Assembly: GCA_036339375.1 (NCBI GenBank)
Contig: JAYZBC010000025.1
Coordinates: forward strand, 27,271 to 91,270
DNA length: 64,000 nt
Direction: 5' to 3'
From: Pseudomonadota bacterium
GTDB lineage: Bacteria > Pseudomonadota > Alphaproteobacteria > MPNO01 > UBA2964
A program made the translations under genes and the position numbers. The notes below the pieces were generated by a model that worked only from the letters and a program-made list of their open reading frames with translations, ran no database searches and was not told where the DNA came from. Below are positions 9,272 through 18,526 of this stretch, piece by piece. The number at the start of each line of letters is the position of its first letter. Positions within the stretch are counted from its first letter, which is position 1.

Positions 9272-10516
9272 TTATTTTTTAATATCTAAATTAAATAACC
9301 TTACGGCATTTTCACCCAAAATATTACGTTTGGCCTGCTCATCCAAAAAGGGTAGATTATAAATTGTACTGGGTGGATTGAAGTCCCAGTGTGGCCAGTC
9401 AGATGCGTAAAGTAGCTGCGTTTCGGCCTTTACAGCCTTAAAGGTCTCTTCTGTTAAACCCATATTTGCCGTCTCAATGGGCTGGCAGGTGTAATACATA
9501 TCCGCCATATACTCACTAGGTAGTTTTTTCAACAATGGTGCCTCCGAAGGACGCATCATATATTCAGAATCAAGACGTTGCATTAGAAAAGCCAACCATG
9601 CTAGGCCTGATTCAATCCAAATAACAGGTAATTTAGGAAAACGTTCCTGCATACCGTGTACAATCCAATTAGTCATATGCACGATATTGCACAAGACAAA
9701 AGACACAGAATGCATAGAGATGAACAAGTCTAACTGCTTCATCCAATCGTCACCCCAAGTAAGGCCGGCATGAAACGCAAGGGGCAAACCACGTTCTTCT
9801 AATTCTTTATAAATGGGAATATATTGATTATGATGCACCGGCTTGTAACGGATCGCCGTAATCATAAACCCCATAACGTTTGGGTTTTCTCCAAATTCTT
9901 TAATTATTTTTAAACAAGTGTCCGGTTCTGAAATCGGTAAATATAATAATGTTTTTACCCGGTCATCAGCCGGCAAAATTCGTTCACATACCCAACGATT
10001 GTAAGCAAGAGCCAACTGTGCTTCCACACGTGGCTGCGGATGCGTCCCCAGCTGTAACAGGTTTCCGGGGAATAACACTTGAAAATCCAAACCCATGGCA
10101 TCTAAAGACCGGCGCATAAGGGTAACATCACGATGAACGCTCTTATCGTCTACATCTTCTGCTAATTTTTGTTGATGTGGTATCCGCCCACCCGCATCCT
10201 GATAACGTAATCCCGGTGTCGCATTTGAAAGCCCGGGTGCTCCTCCTGTCCGCGATTGAAATTCTTGTGCATAGTGTTTAAGTATTGGATCATCTAAATA
10301 TTCTACGACCTCACGCCAAGAACTCATTTCTGAGTGGTGAGCATCAACATCAACTATGGTCCAATCATCAAAACCATTTTCTATACGAAACTTTGTTTCA
10401 TGCGCCAAAATATCACGAGTATCTGTGTTTATCGTAATTTGGTTAAGGAGTTCTCTTGTTTGTTCTACCCCACTATCCATAACGGTAACCTCCACGTTAA
10501 ATTCCGTCGTTAACAA
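9272..10516 (-). CDS. Amidohydrolase-2 (PF04909-type) metal-dependent hydrolase/decarboxylase family protein
   Basis: 414 aa with VDVDAHH metal-binding start and further His/Asp positions typical of the ACMSD/LigW/IDCase family. About 45-aa N-terminal extension. Confidence 0.65.
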   Translation of the reverse strand: MLTTEFNVEVTVMDSGVEQTRELLNQITINTDTRDILAHETKFRIENGFDDWTIVDVDAHHSEMSSWREVVEYLDDPILKHYAQEFQSRTGGAPGLSNATPGLRYQDAGGRIPHQQKLAEDVDDKSVHRDVTLMRRSLDAMGLDFQVLFPGNLLQLGTHPQPRVEAQLALAYNRWVCERILPADDRVKTLLYLPISEPDTCLKIIKEFGENPNVMGFMITAIRYKPVHHNQYIPIYKELEERGLPLAFHAGLTWGDDWMKQLDLFISMHSVSFVLCNIVHMTNWIVHGMQERFPKLPVIWIESGLAWLAFLMQRLDSEYMMRPSEAPLLKKLPSEYMADMYYTCQPIETANMGLTEETFKAVKAETQLLYASDWPHWDFNPPSTIYNLPFLDEQAKRNILGENAVRLFNLDIKK

Positions 10517-10576
10517 CTTTCATGATAAACTAAAGTAGATAATAGAAAAACTGTTTAAAGGCAATGAGTGGAAAGA

Positions 10577-11011
10577 ATGTCAGAACAGCAAATTGAGACT
10601 AACCGGCTTTTAGTTTATCGATTTTACCATGAACTTTGGAATAATTGGCAATTTGATATTATAAGTGATTTACTGAGCCCGGACTTGGTTTTTCATGGTT
10701 CTTTGGGAACCCAAAAAACTGGTCATGAGGGTTTTATAGAGTATGCCAATCAGGTGCGTAGTGCCTTTCCTGACTTTAAAAATTCTGTCGAAGATATAAT
10801 TGCCGAAGAACAAAAGGTTGCAGCTTGCTTAACATTTCAGGGAACCCACGAAGGGAAAATTTTTGGTATTGAACCTACCGGAAGAACCATTCAGTTTGTG
10901 GGAATAGGTGTTTTTGTTTTTAGAGCAGACTTGATTAGCCATATTTGGGTTCTGGGTGACAGACTATCCCTCTTACAACAACTGAGTGATAGAGATCCCA
11001 TTTCGGAATAA
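10577..11011 (+). CDS. SnoaL-like / NTF2-like ester-cyclase family protein
   Basis: About 145 aa matching the predicted ester cyclase family (...YRFYHELWNNWQFDI...GHEGFIEYANQVRSAFPDF...). Start placed at ATG MSEQQ rather than the upstream GTG. Confidence 0.6.
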   Translation: MSEQQIETNRLLVYRFYHELWNNWQFDIISDLLSPDLVFHGSLGTQKTGHEGFIEYANQVRSAFPDFKNSVEDIIAEEQKVAACLTFQGTHEGKIFGIEPTGRTIQFVGIGVFVFRADLISHIWVLGDRLSLLQQLSDRDPISE

Positions 11012-11033
11012 ATATCAATATTTAGAAAAGGAT

Positions 11034-11064
11034 TAAGAAGACCCAAGCGATCTCTGGGCCTTCT
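11034..11064. terminator. Possible bidirectional hairpin terminator between the convergent SnoaL-like and UbiD-1 genes
   Basis: GAAGACCCA / TGGGCCTTC stem with one mismatch and a 9-nt loop, flanked by A/T runs on both sides. Confidence 0.3.
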
Positions 11065-11079
11065 AAAAATCTTTAAATA

Positions 11080-12537
11080 TTAATATTTAAATACGTTCGG
11101 GAACTTACTTCTCACTTCAGAAGCTAGTTCCGGAGATGTTTGTGCCACTGCCGGAAACGTGTCTATTCTCTCGTAAGGACGACAGGCATTAATGATCACA
11201 CGATTATTGAACAGAGTTTCTTCTTCATGCATTGGATCGAGACGGGAGGATTGGCATTGCGACAAATGCGTAATGTCCCGAGCAGGATCAGACCTTGTAC
11301 CCATTGCCCAAACAACATCATGTAAATTGGCTGCATCTATATCTTCATCCACTACAACAGTATAGCGCCCACAATAAGTTGCTGGGTTAAGTTGCGACGC
11401 CATTAGTCCAGCCTGAGTGGCATGCCCATAAAATCTTTGTTTTATTGAAACGACAACAAAGGTTCGACCGGAACCTGCTTCATGATGCCATACCCCGCGA
11501 ACATCTTGGACACCTGCTTTTTGCAATCCTTCAAGCAAGGTGACGGAGCGTGTAAAACACCGCTCAAACAAATGCGAATGCGGCGGTTTTTGACTTGCTG
11601 CACACGTCAAAATTGGGTTGCTCCGGTAATATACTTTTTTGATTTTAAAAATTGGATCCATTTCAGCGTCACCAGCATAATACCCGGTCCATTCCCCAAA
11701 GGGACCTTCCATACGTTCTTCATCCGGAACTTGTTCACCTTCAATAACAATTTCAGAATGTGCAGGAAAAGGTAAACCATTATCGCCAACAATTAAGTCA
11801 ATTGGCTTACCAGCAAGGCCTCCTTGAAAAGCAAATTCATCAACGTCGTCGGGAATTGTCATGCGCGCTGCAAGAAAATGTGTCGGATCAACGCCCACGA
11901 CAATTGTAGCAGGACAGGGTTCACCCTTTGCAAAATACTTTGCGCGCTGAATATTTCCTTGTTTCCCATTGGAAATCATTACGCCTAGAGTTTGGCCGTC
12001 ATGTACCATACACCGATAAGTTCCGGAATTAACGCGTCCGTTATCAGGGTCTCTTGTGACAACACCACACGCTGTCCCTATATAACGTCCTCCATCTAAT
12101 TCATGATGTACAGGTACAGGTAATAATTTTGTTATATCTATTTCATCTCCCTCCAAAATGTTTTCAAGGATAGGTCCATTTTCTACTATCCTTGGTGGAA
12201 TAGGTTCATGATTAAACATTTTTTCTCGGTAGGCGTTTAATAGAGCAAATCGATCAGTCGACAATTCTGTATCCATTCCTACTGCCAGTGCTAAACGAAA
12301 AGGAGACGCCAGCATCCCATACAAGCAACGGAATCCTTCTGGATAGCCGGGAACTTTATCAAACAAAACCGCTTTCGCTTTTTCGACACGCTCTCGATAC
12401 AAAACTTCAACAACCGCGCCCATTTCTTTATCCCAATGCGCACCATTTACCTTTTCAAGCTGACCGGCTTCTTCTGCAGCCGCTAAAAAATCTCGTAAAT
12501 CTGTTTGCGGGCTGAAGTTCTCCCTACCACCATCCAT
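11080..12537 (-). CDS. UbiD-family (prFMN-dependent) aromatic acid decarboxylase paralog 1
   Basis: About 485 aa with the UbiD hallmark DGGRYIGT, ...SEIVIEG... acidic motif and C-terminal oligomerisation region. Start placed at ATG (MDGGREN...) 8 nt after an AGGAGAG SD. Confidence 0.8.
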   Translation of the reverse strand: MDGGRENFSPQTDLRDFLAAAEEAGQLEKVNGAHWDKEMGAVVEVLYRERVEKAKAVLFDKVPGYPEGFRCLYGMLASPFRLALAVGMDTELSTDRFALLNAYREKMFNHEPIPPRIVENGPILENILEGDEIDITKLLPVPVHHELDGGRYIGTACGVVTRDPDNGRVNSGTYRCMVHDGQTLGVMISNGKQGNIQRAKYFAKGEPCPATIVVGVDPTHFLAARMTIPDDVDEFAFQGGLAGKPIDLIVGDNGLPFPAHSEIVIEGEQVPDEERMEGPFGEWTGYYAGDAEMDPIFKIKKVYYRSNPILTCAASQKPPHSHLFERCFTRSVTLLEGLQKAGVQDVRGVWHHEAGSGRTFVVVSIKQRFYGHATQAGLMASQLNPATYCGRYTVVVDEDIDAANLHDVVWAMGTRSDPARDITHLSQCQSSRLDPMHEEETLFNNRVIINACRPYERIDTFPAVAQTSPELASEVRSKFPNVFKY

Positions 12538-12597
12538 TTTCATCTCTCCTCTCATTTTTAAATCTTCTACCAACAAATATTGTTGTTATCGACATGT

Positions 12598-14094
12598 TTA
12601 ATCCCTTAGGTAGCCCCATCTTTCCCAAGCCTTTCGTCGGGCTTCTGGGGTAGGTGCGTTCACTTTTTGGAACTTATCTTTCCAATGAAATGGACGACAA
12701 GCATTAATGATAGCTCTACTGTTATAGAGCTTACCTTGTTCACGGTCATCAGGCGAAATAACTGGATCCAACGCGGAACTCCACATATTGTGAATTATAT
12801 CTATGCCACTTGCTGGATCACAGCGCGTACAAACTGCCCAAATAACTTCTTCTAAATTAGAAACATCAACATCTTCGTCAACTACCACAACAATCCGGCC
12901 CAAATAAGCACCAGCATGGCAGGTGGCTGTAATTTGGCCAGCCTGGGTCGCATGACCCGGATACCGTTGCTTGATAGACACTGCCAAAAATAAACGCGAA
13001 CCCCCAACCTCATGGGCCCAAACCTCCACAACATCAGGAACACCTGCTCGGTTAATATTTTCCTTCAATACAGCCGAACGGCTGATCGCCCGATAACGAG
13101 CATATTCATAGGGCATCCGAATATGAGCGGCACCTAAAATAATGGGATTGTTGCGATGATAAATTGCCGCAATATCTATCCAAGGCTCAGCCGCCATTAC
13201 TCCACCTTGATAGCCAAGCCATTCCCCAAAAGGGCCCTCACGACTTGTATTGCCCGGATTTATAAATCCCTCAATAACAATTTCAGAATTAGCTGGAAAA
13301 GGCAGTCCGGTATGTTTACCTTCAACACACTCTATGGCTTTTCCACGATAGGCACCCATCATATCAAGCTCACACATACCTTCGGGTGCTTCCGTCGAAG
13401 ATGTCAAAAATGATAATGGATCGCTGCCAACAACAACACATACTGGCATGGGTTTGTTATTTGCCAGGTACTTGTCTCTGTGGATCCTCCCATGTTTTCC
13501 AGGGGAAATATAAAGTCCCACTCTTTTTGCATCATGTACCATCACCCGATAGGTACCACAATTTATCCAACCGCTATCTGGATCACGTGTGATATTGAAA
13601 CAGCCTGTTCCAATATACCTACCCCCATCTTCTGGATTCCAAAGGGGTGATGGAAATTTCGTAATATCAACATCTACACCTTCGGTGATGTTTTCAAAAA
13701 TCGGGCCATCCCTAACAATAGCATGAGGTATAGGTGTGAGATTCCGGGTATGGCGATGATATGCCTGACTTAGTTCAAGTTTATTCAGTTGAGAGGGAAA
13801 TCCAAGTGTGAGGTTCTTTCGTGTACCCGTAAACCAGTTGATTAATAAACGAAACCCCTTCGGACTGCCCTTCACCTCATCAAACAGAATTGTGGGAGTA
13901 TTTTCGTCGTGACAGACGACTTCAACTACTTGACCAATATCGCTCTCCCAATCCGCTCCTTTCACAATTTTTAGGTCACCACGTTTTTTTACTTCCTCCA
14001 ACCAATCACGTAGATCAACATATTCAAGTGCGCAGCCTGCATTCGGGCCAACACCCTGTATAGTCTCGGGTTCAATTGCATTCCCCATTCCCAC
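12598..14094 (-). CDS. UbiD-family decarboxylase paralog 2
   Basis: 498 aa with DGGRYIGTG and NSEIVIEG motifs. By-eye identity is about 50% to paralog 1 and about 70% to paralog 3. GTG/ATG start is ambiguous. Confidence 0.8.
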   Translation of the reverse strand: MGMGNAIEPETIQGVGPNAGCALEYVDLRDWLEEVKKRGDLKIVKGADWESDIGQVVEVVCHDENTPTILFDEVKGSPKGFRLLINWFTGTRKNLTLGFPSQLNKLELSQAYHRHTRNLTPIPHAIVRDGPIFENITEGVDVDITKFPSPLWNPEDGGRYIGTGCFNITRDPDSGWINCGTYRVMVHDAKRVGLYISPGKHGRIHRDKYLANNKPMPVCVVVGSDPLSFLTSSTEAPEGMCELDMMGAYRGKAIECVEGKHTGLPFPANSEIVIEGFINPGNTSREGPFGEWLGYQGGVMAAEPWIDIAAIYHRNNPIILGAAHIRMPYEYARYRAISRSAVLKENINRAGVPDVVEVWAHEVGGSRLFLAVSIKQRYPGHATQAGQITATCHAGAYLGRIVVVVDEDVDVSNLEEVIWAVCTRCDPASGIDIIHNMWSSALDPVISPDDREQGKLYNSRAIINACRPFHWKDKFQKVNAPTPEARRKAWERWGYLRD

Positions 14095-14127
14095 ACTCGT
14101 TTAACGTAAGTTTTCCGTCAAAAGAAA

Positions 14128-14162
14128 TCCGGCCGCCGCACTAATGTTTGGTACGGCAGCCG
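14128..14162 (-). terminator. GC-rich imperfect hairpin between UbiD-3 and UbiD-2 (possible intercistronic attenuator or processing site)
   Basis: CCGGCCGCCG ... CGGCAGCCG inverted repeat (7/8 bp, about 15-nt loop) in an otherwise AT-rich 91-nt spacer, with a T-rich tract following on the transcribed (minus) strand. Confidence 0.3.
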
Positions 14163-14185
14163 ACCTCTATTTCAGTACACCCATT

Positions 14186-15679
14186 TTAAGAGGGTTTTTC
14201 GCAAAGGTGTCCCCACTTCTCTATAGCCTCTCTCATGACTTCTGGCTCCGGAGAATTTACAGGGGGAAATTCATCTTTCCAATGAAATGGGCGACAAGCA
14301 TCAATAATCGCCCGGCTATTAGTCAAATTGCCTTTGGCTTTTTCTTCCGGTGGAATTCTTGGATCCAAAGGTGTAGACCAACAATTATGAATGATATCAA
14401 TTGAGGTTGCTGGATCAGAACGTGTGATCATGCCCCAGATTAGCTCTTCCAAGTTAGTCACATCAATATCATCATCTACAACGATTACGTATTTACCTGC
14501 ATATGCCCCGAGATGACACATAGCAGCAACGTGACCCGTTTGCATTGCATGTCCAGGGTAACGTTGCTTTATTGAAATAGCGAGTAACATTCGGGCGGTA
14601 CCAACTTCGTGGGCCCAAACCCCTTGCACATCTGGCACTCCAGCCTTGACAATATTTTCTTTGAGTGCGGCTGAACGTGTAACTGCCCTATAACGTGCCA
14701 ACTCATCTGGTGGGCGCAGAGGTGGACAGCCCAAAATTATTGGATCGTTCCTGTGATAAATAGCCTTAATGTCTAAAACTGGCTCAGCACGCATTTTTGA
14801 ACCATAGTAGCCAGTCCATTCCCCGAATGGTCCCTCTTCAACCCGGTTACCAGGTTCAATAAAACCCTCTAATACAAGTTCCGCATTTGCAGGAAAGGGT
14901 AAACCAGTATGTTTGCCTTTGACGCATTCAATAGCATGCCCCCGATAGCCTCCTAAAATATCATATTCACAGGCACCGGGTGGCATTTCTGTACAACCCA
15001 TTAAGAAGGCCATGGGATCACCACCCAAAACGATACAAGCCGGCATAGGCTCACCATTAGCTTCGTATTTATCACGATGGATTCGACCATGTTTCCCGGG
15101 CGAAATGTAAAATCCGACTTGTTTTTTGTTATGGATCATAACCCGGTAGGTTCCGATATTTATCCAATCACTATCTGGATCACGCGTTACATTGTAGGAA
15201 CCCGTTCCTATATAACGTCCACCATCTTTGTCATGCCACATCGGCGTCGGAAATTTCTCGACGTCTATGTCATCGCCTTCCATAATATTTTCGAATACCG
15301 GCCCGTTATCAACAATTGCATGTGGAATTGGCTCTATAGAAGATAGATGTTTATGGACCCCGTCGGTTAGCTCAAGTTTGGTAAAGTCAGGGGAAAAACC
15401 CATTGTCATGCATTTTCGTTTACCGGCAAAGAAATTGATCATCATTCTAAAACCAGGAGGACAACCCGGCACTTCATCAAAAATGATGCAGGGCGCGTTT
15501 TCATCATGCTGGACAACTTCAGAAGCCAACCCGATGTCCTTTTCCCAACTCGCTCCCTTAACGACTCTAACTTCGCCAAGTTTCTCGGCTTCCACGATCC
15601 ATTCTCTCATATCTTCGTAAGTCATACGGGCACCAACATTCGAACCACTGTCAACGGCCGTAGCTTTTACATCTGCCAT
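14186..15679 (-). CDS. UbiD-family decarboxylase paralog 3
   Basis: About 497 aa with DGGRYIGTG and NAELVLEG motifs. Start placed at ATG 15679 (MADVKATAV...) with a GGGAGAG SD upstream. The ORF-track start 15754 is an upstream in-frame extension. Confidence 0.8.
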   Translation of the reverse strand: MADVKATAVDSGSNVGARMTYEDMREWIVEAEKLGEVRVVKGASWEKDIGLASEVVQHDENAPCIIFDEVPGCPPGFRMMINFFAGKRKCMTMGFSPDFTKLELTDGVHKHLSSIEPIPHAIVDNGPVFENIMEGDDIDVEKFPTPMWHDKDGGRYIGTGSYNVTRDPDSDWINIGTYRVMIHNKKQVGFYISPGKHGRIHRDKYEANGEPMPACIVLGGDPMAFLMGCTEMPPGACEYDILGGYRGHAIECVKGKHTGLPFPANAELVLEGFIEPGNRVEEGPFGEWTGYYGSKMRAEPVLDIKAIYHRNDPIILGCPPLRPPDELARYRAVTRSAALKENIVKAGVPDVQGVWAHEVGTARMLLAISIKQRYPGHAMQTGHVAAMCHLGAYAGKYVIVVDDDIDVTNLEELIWGMITRSDPATSIDIIHNCWSTPLDPRIPPEEKAKGNLTNSRAIIDACRPFHWKDEFPPVNSPEPEVMREAIEKWGHLCEKPS

Positions 15680-15732
15680 AAAATTTCTCTCCCTAAGTAA
15701 ATACGTCCCATTTCCAATTATTCTCGAAAATA

Positions 15733-15823
15733 GGCAATACACAATTTGCCACAAATTTTAAAAAAGGTAAAAGTTTTCGAATGGCAATACAAAAACTTTT
15801 GAAAGACTAGAATTATGCCATTC
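15733..15823. promoter_or_regulatory. Cluster of inverted and direct repeats upstream of UbiD-3 (candidate operator plus promoter)
   Basis: GGCAA-N8-TTGCC inverted repeat at about 15733-15750. (A/T)GGCAATACA repeated directly at about 15732 and 15781. GAATGGCA...TGCCATTC inverted repeat at about 15779-15823. All lie in the 190-nt gap between the 2OG oxygenase stop and the UbiD-3 start. Confidence 0.3.
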
Positions 15824-15946
15824 TAATACAGAAGTCACGTAAAGCTTTAAAAATTTTAACTTATTTTTGGATATTATTTAGATACTGGGAAATGAGGTAT
15901 TAGCAAAATAAGCGTGGAAAACAATATTATAATGGCTAAACGAATT

Positions 15947-16864
15947 TTATCCGGAAATTTCATTACTCTCCGCAATCCGTTGAGCAACATAGGCACCAGC
16001 CGTTGTGGCTGGATATTTGGCTGGTTGACCCACGCTGACACAACTGTCGAAAGCACTCACTGGTACATCTGTATCAGGATCAACAAAAAATGCTATTGAA
16101 TAACGTTCACGATCCCCAGTAATAGCTCTTACCCTGTGAGGGCTTGAACAATAGCGATCATTTGTCCAAGTTGCGATCAAATCAGCTGTATTTACAATTA
16201 CCGTCCCTGGAATGTGCACTGCATCGAGCCATTGACCAGAACGATTTTGGATTTGTAGACCTCCTACATCATCCTGAAATAATAAAGTTATTGTACCAAA
16301 ATCTGTGTGTGCTCCAGCCCCTAATTGATTTGCAGATAAATTTTTACCCGAAATAGGGTAATGTAAATAACGTAAAGCCACATTTTCTCCCTTATGACGT
16401 TCGCGAAAATATTTAATTGGAAGGTCAAGTGCTATGGCAAAGGCTTCCATAACAATATTTGACCCTCGTAAACATTCTCCGAAAGCACGGACAGCAATTC
16501 TACGAAATTCGTTGGAAGGCCATAAATTCAAAAATTTCTCACGCAACGGTACATCGCGCATGGTAAAGGCTTCTTTCAAATCAGGGGCAAATTGGGAATC
16601 AAGTCGTTGTTCTCCAACACCTTGGTATCCATGGTTCATGTCTTGAACGTAAGATAATTTTGATTTTTCGGACAGCGGTTGTTTGAAAAATTTTACACTA
16701 GAATTAAATGCATCTTGGAGAATATTTTGGTCAATACCTAAATTTTTTGCATACATAAAACCTACTTCAGACGCGGCCTTATTTACCTCTTCTGAAATTC
16801 TCCGTCGTTCGTTTTCGTCACCACTGTCAAATCTTTTAAAATCGATTAGAGGTATATTTGTCAC
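15947..16864 (-). CDS. 2OG-Fe(II) oxygenase, isopenicillin-N-synthase-like (COG3491-type)
   Basis: 305 aa. N-terminal (...IPLIDFKRF...) plus HxD...H facial triad region (GAHTDFGTITLLFQDD...SSPHRV). Confidence 0.7.
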   Translation of the reverse strand: MTNIPLIDFKRFDSGDENERRRISEEVNKAASEVGFMYAKNLGIDQNILQDAFNSSVKFFKQPLSEKSKLSYVQDMNHGYQGVGEQRLDSQFAPDLKEAFTMRDVPLREKFLNLWPSNEFRRIAVRAFGECLRGSNIVMEAFAIALDLPIKYFRERHKGENVALRYLHYPISGKNLSANQLGAGAHTDFGTITLLFQDDVGGLQIQNRSGQWLDAVHIPGTVIVNTADLIATWTNDRYCSSPHRVRAITGDRERYSIAFFVDPDTDVPVSAFDSCVSVGQPAKYPATTAGAYVAQRIAESNEISG

Positions 16865-16895
16865 AATATTTATTCTCCCAAAACATCAGGTTATT

Positions 16896-18440
16896 CTATA
16901 AAGAAAATTTATCCTTAATCCAAAATTCTGCCAGTGCATTTCGATCAAGCTTTCCCCGAGAATTTTTTGGCAGTTCATTTAAAAATATAATTTTTTTAGG
17001 GCATTTAGCTGCAGGCAATGTTTTCGAACAATGTTCCATTAAATCTTTAGGGTTCACTTTACTGCCTTTTTTACAAGAAACGTACGCAATTATTTCCTCT
17101 CCATAAATTTTATCAGGTATTCCTAATGTTCCTGCTTCAGATACTGCTTGATGCAAAACCAATACAGCATCAATTTCGAGTGGGGCAATATTTATTCCCC
17201 CCCGAATAATTAATTCCTTTGCCCTTCCCACAATATGGAGATGGCCCTCACTATCAACATAACCCAGATCACCAGTTTTGTGACCTCCCTCTGGCAAGAG
17301 TTCAATTTTACCGTTTGGTAATAAATAACCAAATGCCTGCTGCTTACCCCCTCCTACAATGATTTCTCCGGTTTTACTTTCTTTAAGTAAATTACCATCG
17401 CCATCAACAATACGAACATCTTGATATTTTAACTGTGGGCCAATCGACCCAATTTTTCTATCAGCTCCTCGGTGGGCTGCTGTGTTTCCTCCTTCACTTG
17501 AACCACAGCTTTGAGCAAGTGTAATACCAAAAATTTTTTCAAATTCACGCCATTGTTCTTCATGAAGTGGGGCAGAACTTGAGGTTAAAAATCGGAGCTC
17601 TGGTAATTTACCAATATTTGTATTTTGAGTTCGATTTAACAACATGTTAACCATTGTTGGGACTACAAAACCAATATTGATTTTAAATTTCTTCAACCAA
17701 TAAAAATAACGGCTCTGAGAAAACCGTTTGGCCATAAACGTAGTCCCGCCTGCGATGAGCGGAGCTCCAAGACTCATATGTTGAGCCGATAGCCAACTAT
17801 AAGATCGACAATCTAAAACCCGGTCTCCAGGGGATAGTTGGAGATAGTCAGCCGTAGCGTCATAATTGTAAAACGCATTGGCATGGGTTTGGATTACACC
17901 CTTTGGCTTCGCTACTGTGCCTGAAGTGTAAAAAATAACGCCATGATCATCCGGCTCTGCACAACTGGATAAATCATCCTTGTCAGTAAAATTATAAACT
18001 TCCGAAAAAAAGCCCGTCGAATTTTTCTCTCCTTTAAATTCTCCCAAAAGAAGCCATATCCCAGGGGCCTTTTGTTTTAATTCCTCCAGTCCCAAACCGC
18101 TTTGATACAAAATTATTTTTGGATCAATAGCCTTTATGATTTCAATCAAGCTACCTTGATTCATCTCAACATGGACTGTCGCTATACTCGCGCCATAACG
18201 CAGAACGCTTACGAATACTGCTAAATTTTCTACTGAGTTTTCAGCCAGTAACAATATACGGTCGTTGGCTTTTATTTTGTGTGTTTTTAAAAAGTGAGAT
18301 ATCCGATTAGACAACCCATAAAGGGTTCCGTAGGTAAGGGATTTGTTTTGATCAATACAATGGACGTAAATCCGATCCGGAAACTGGGCTGCGTTTTTGG
18401 CTAAAATTTGATGAAAATTTGTATAGCAGTTTAAAGCCAC
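16896..18440 (-). CDS. AMP-dependent synthetase/ligase (acyl-/aryl-CoA ligase)
   Basis: 514 aa with the adenylate-forming enzyme motif YTSGTVAKPKGV and a C-terminal ligase domain. Confidence 0.8.
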   Translation of the reverse strand: MALNCYTNFHQILAKNAAQFPDRIYVHCIDQNKSLTYGTLYGLSNRISHFLKTHKIKANDRILLLAENSVENLAVFVSVLRYGASIATVHVEMNQGSLIEIIKAIDPKIILYQSGLGLEELKQKAPGIWLLLGEFKGEKNSTGFFSEVYNFTDKDDLSSCAEPDDHGVIFYTSGTVAKPKGVIQTHANAFYNYDATADYLQLSPGDRVLDCRSYSWLSAQHMSLGAPLIAGGTTFMAKRFSQSRYFYWLKKFKINIGFVVPTMVNMLLNRTQNTNIGKLPELRFLTSSSAPLHEEQWREFEKIFGITLAQSCGSSEGGNTAAHRGADRKIGSIGPQLKYQDVRIVDGDGNLLKESKTGEIIVGGGKQQAFGYLLPNGKIELLPEGGHKTGDLGYVDSEGHLHIVGRAKELIIRGGINIAPLEIDAVLVLHQAVSEAGTLGIPDKIYGEEIIAYVSCKKGSKVNPKDLMEHCSKTLPAAKCPKKIIFLNELPKNSRGKLDRNALAEFWIKDKFSL

Positions 18441-18526
18441 GCTATCATTATCCTGCCTGTCAATTTTTTCTGTCGATAAAAGGTTCTCTTAAATCTGAGT
18501 TTAACATGACAGCGATTTTTGAAAAA

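Noticed and set aside
13156-13592. Short + strand ORFs (85, 68, 62 aa) inside UbiD-2, and similar ones inside UbiD-1, UbiD-3 and UbiD-4
   Set aside because: All are antisense within the conserved UbiD reading frames and are random-frame artefacts.
15732-15752. Sigma-54-like TGGCA...TTGC resemblance in the AGGCAATACACAATTTGCC element
   Set aside because: The GG-to-GC spacing is about 15 nt rather than the required 12, and there is no matching -24/-12 consensus. It is treated as a palindromic operator candidate instead.
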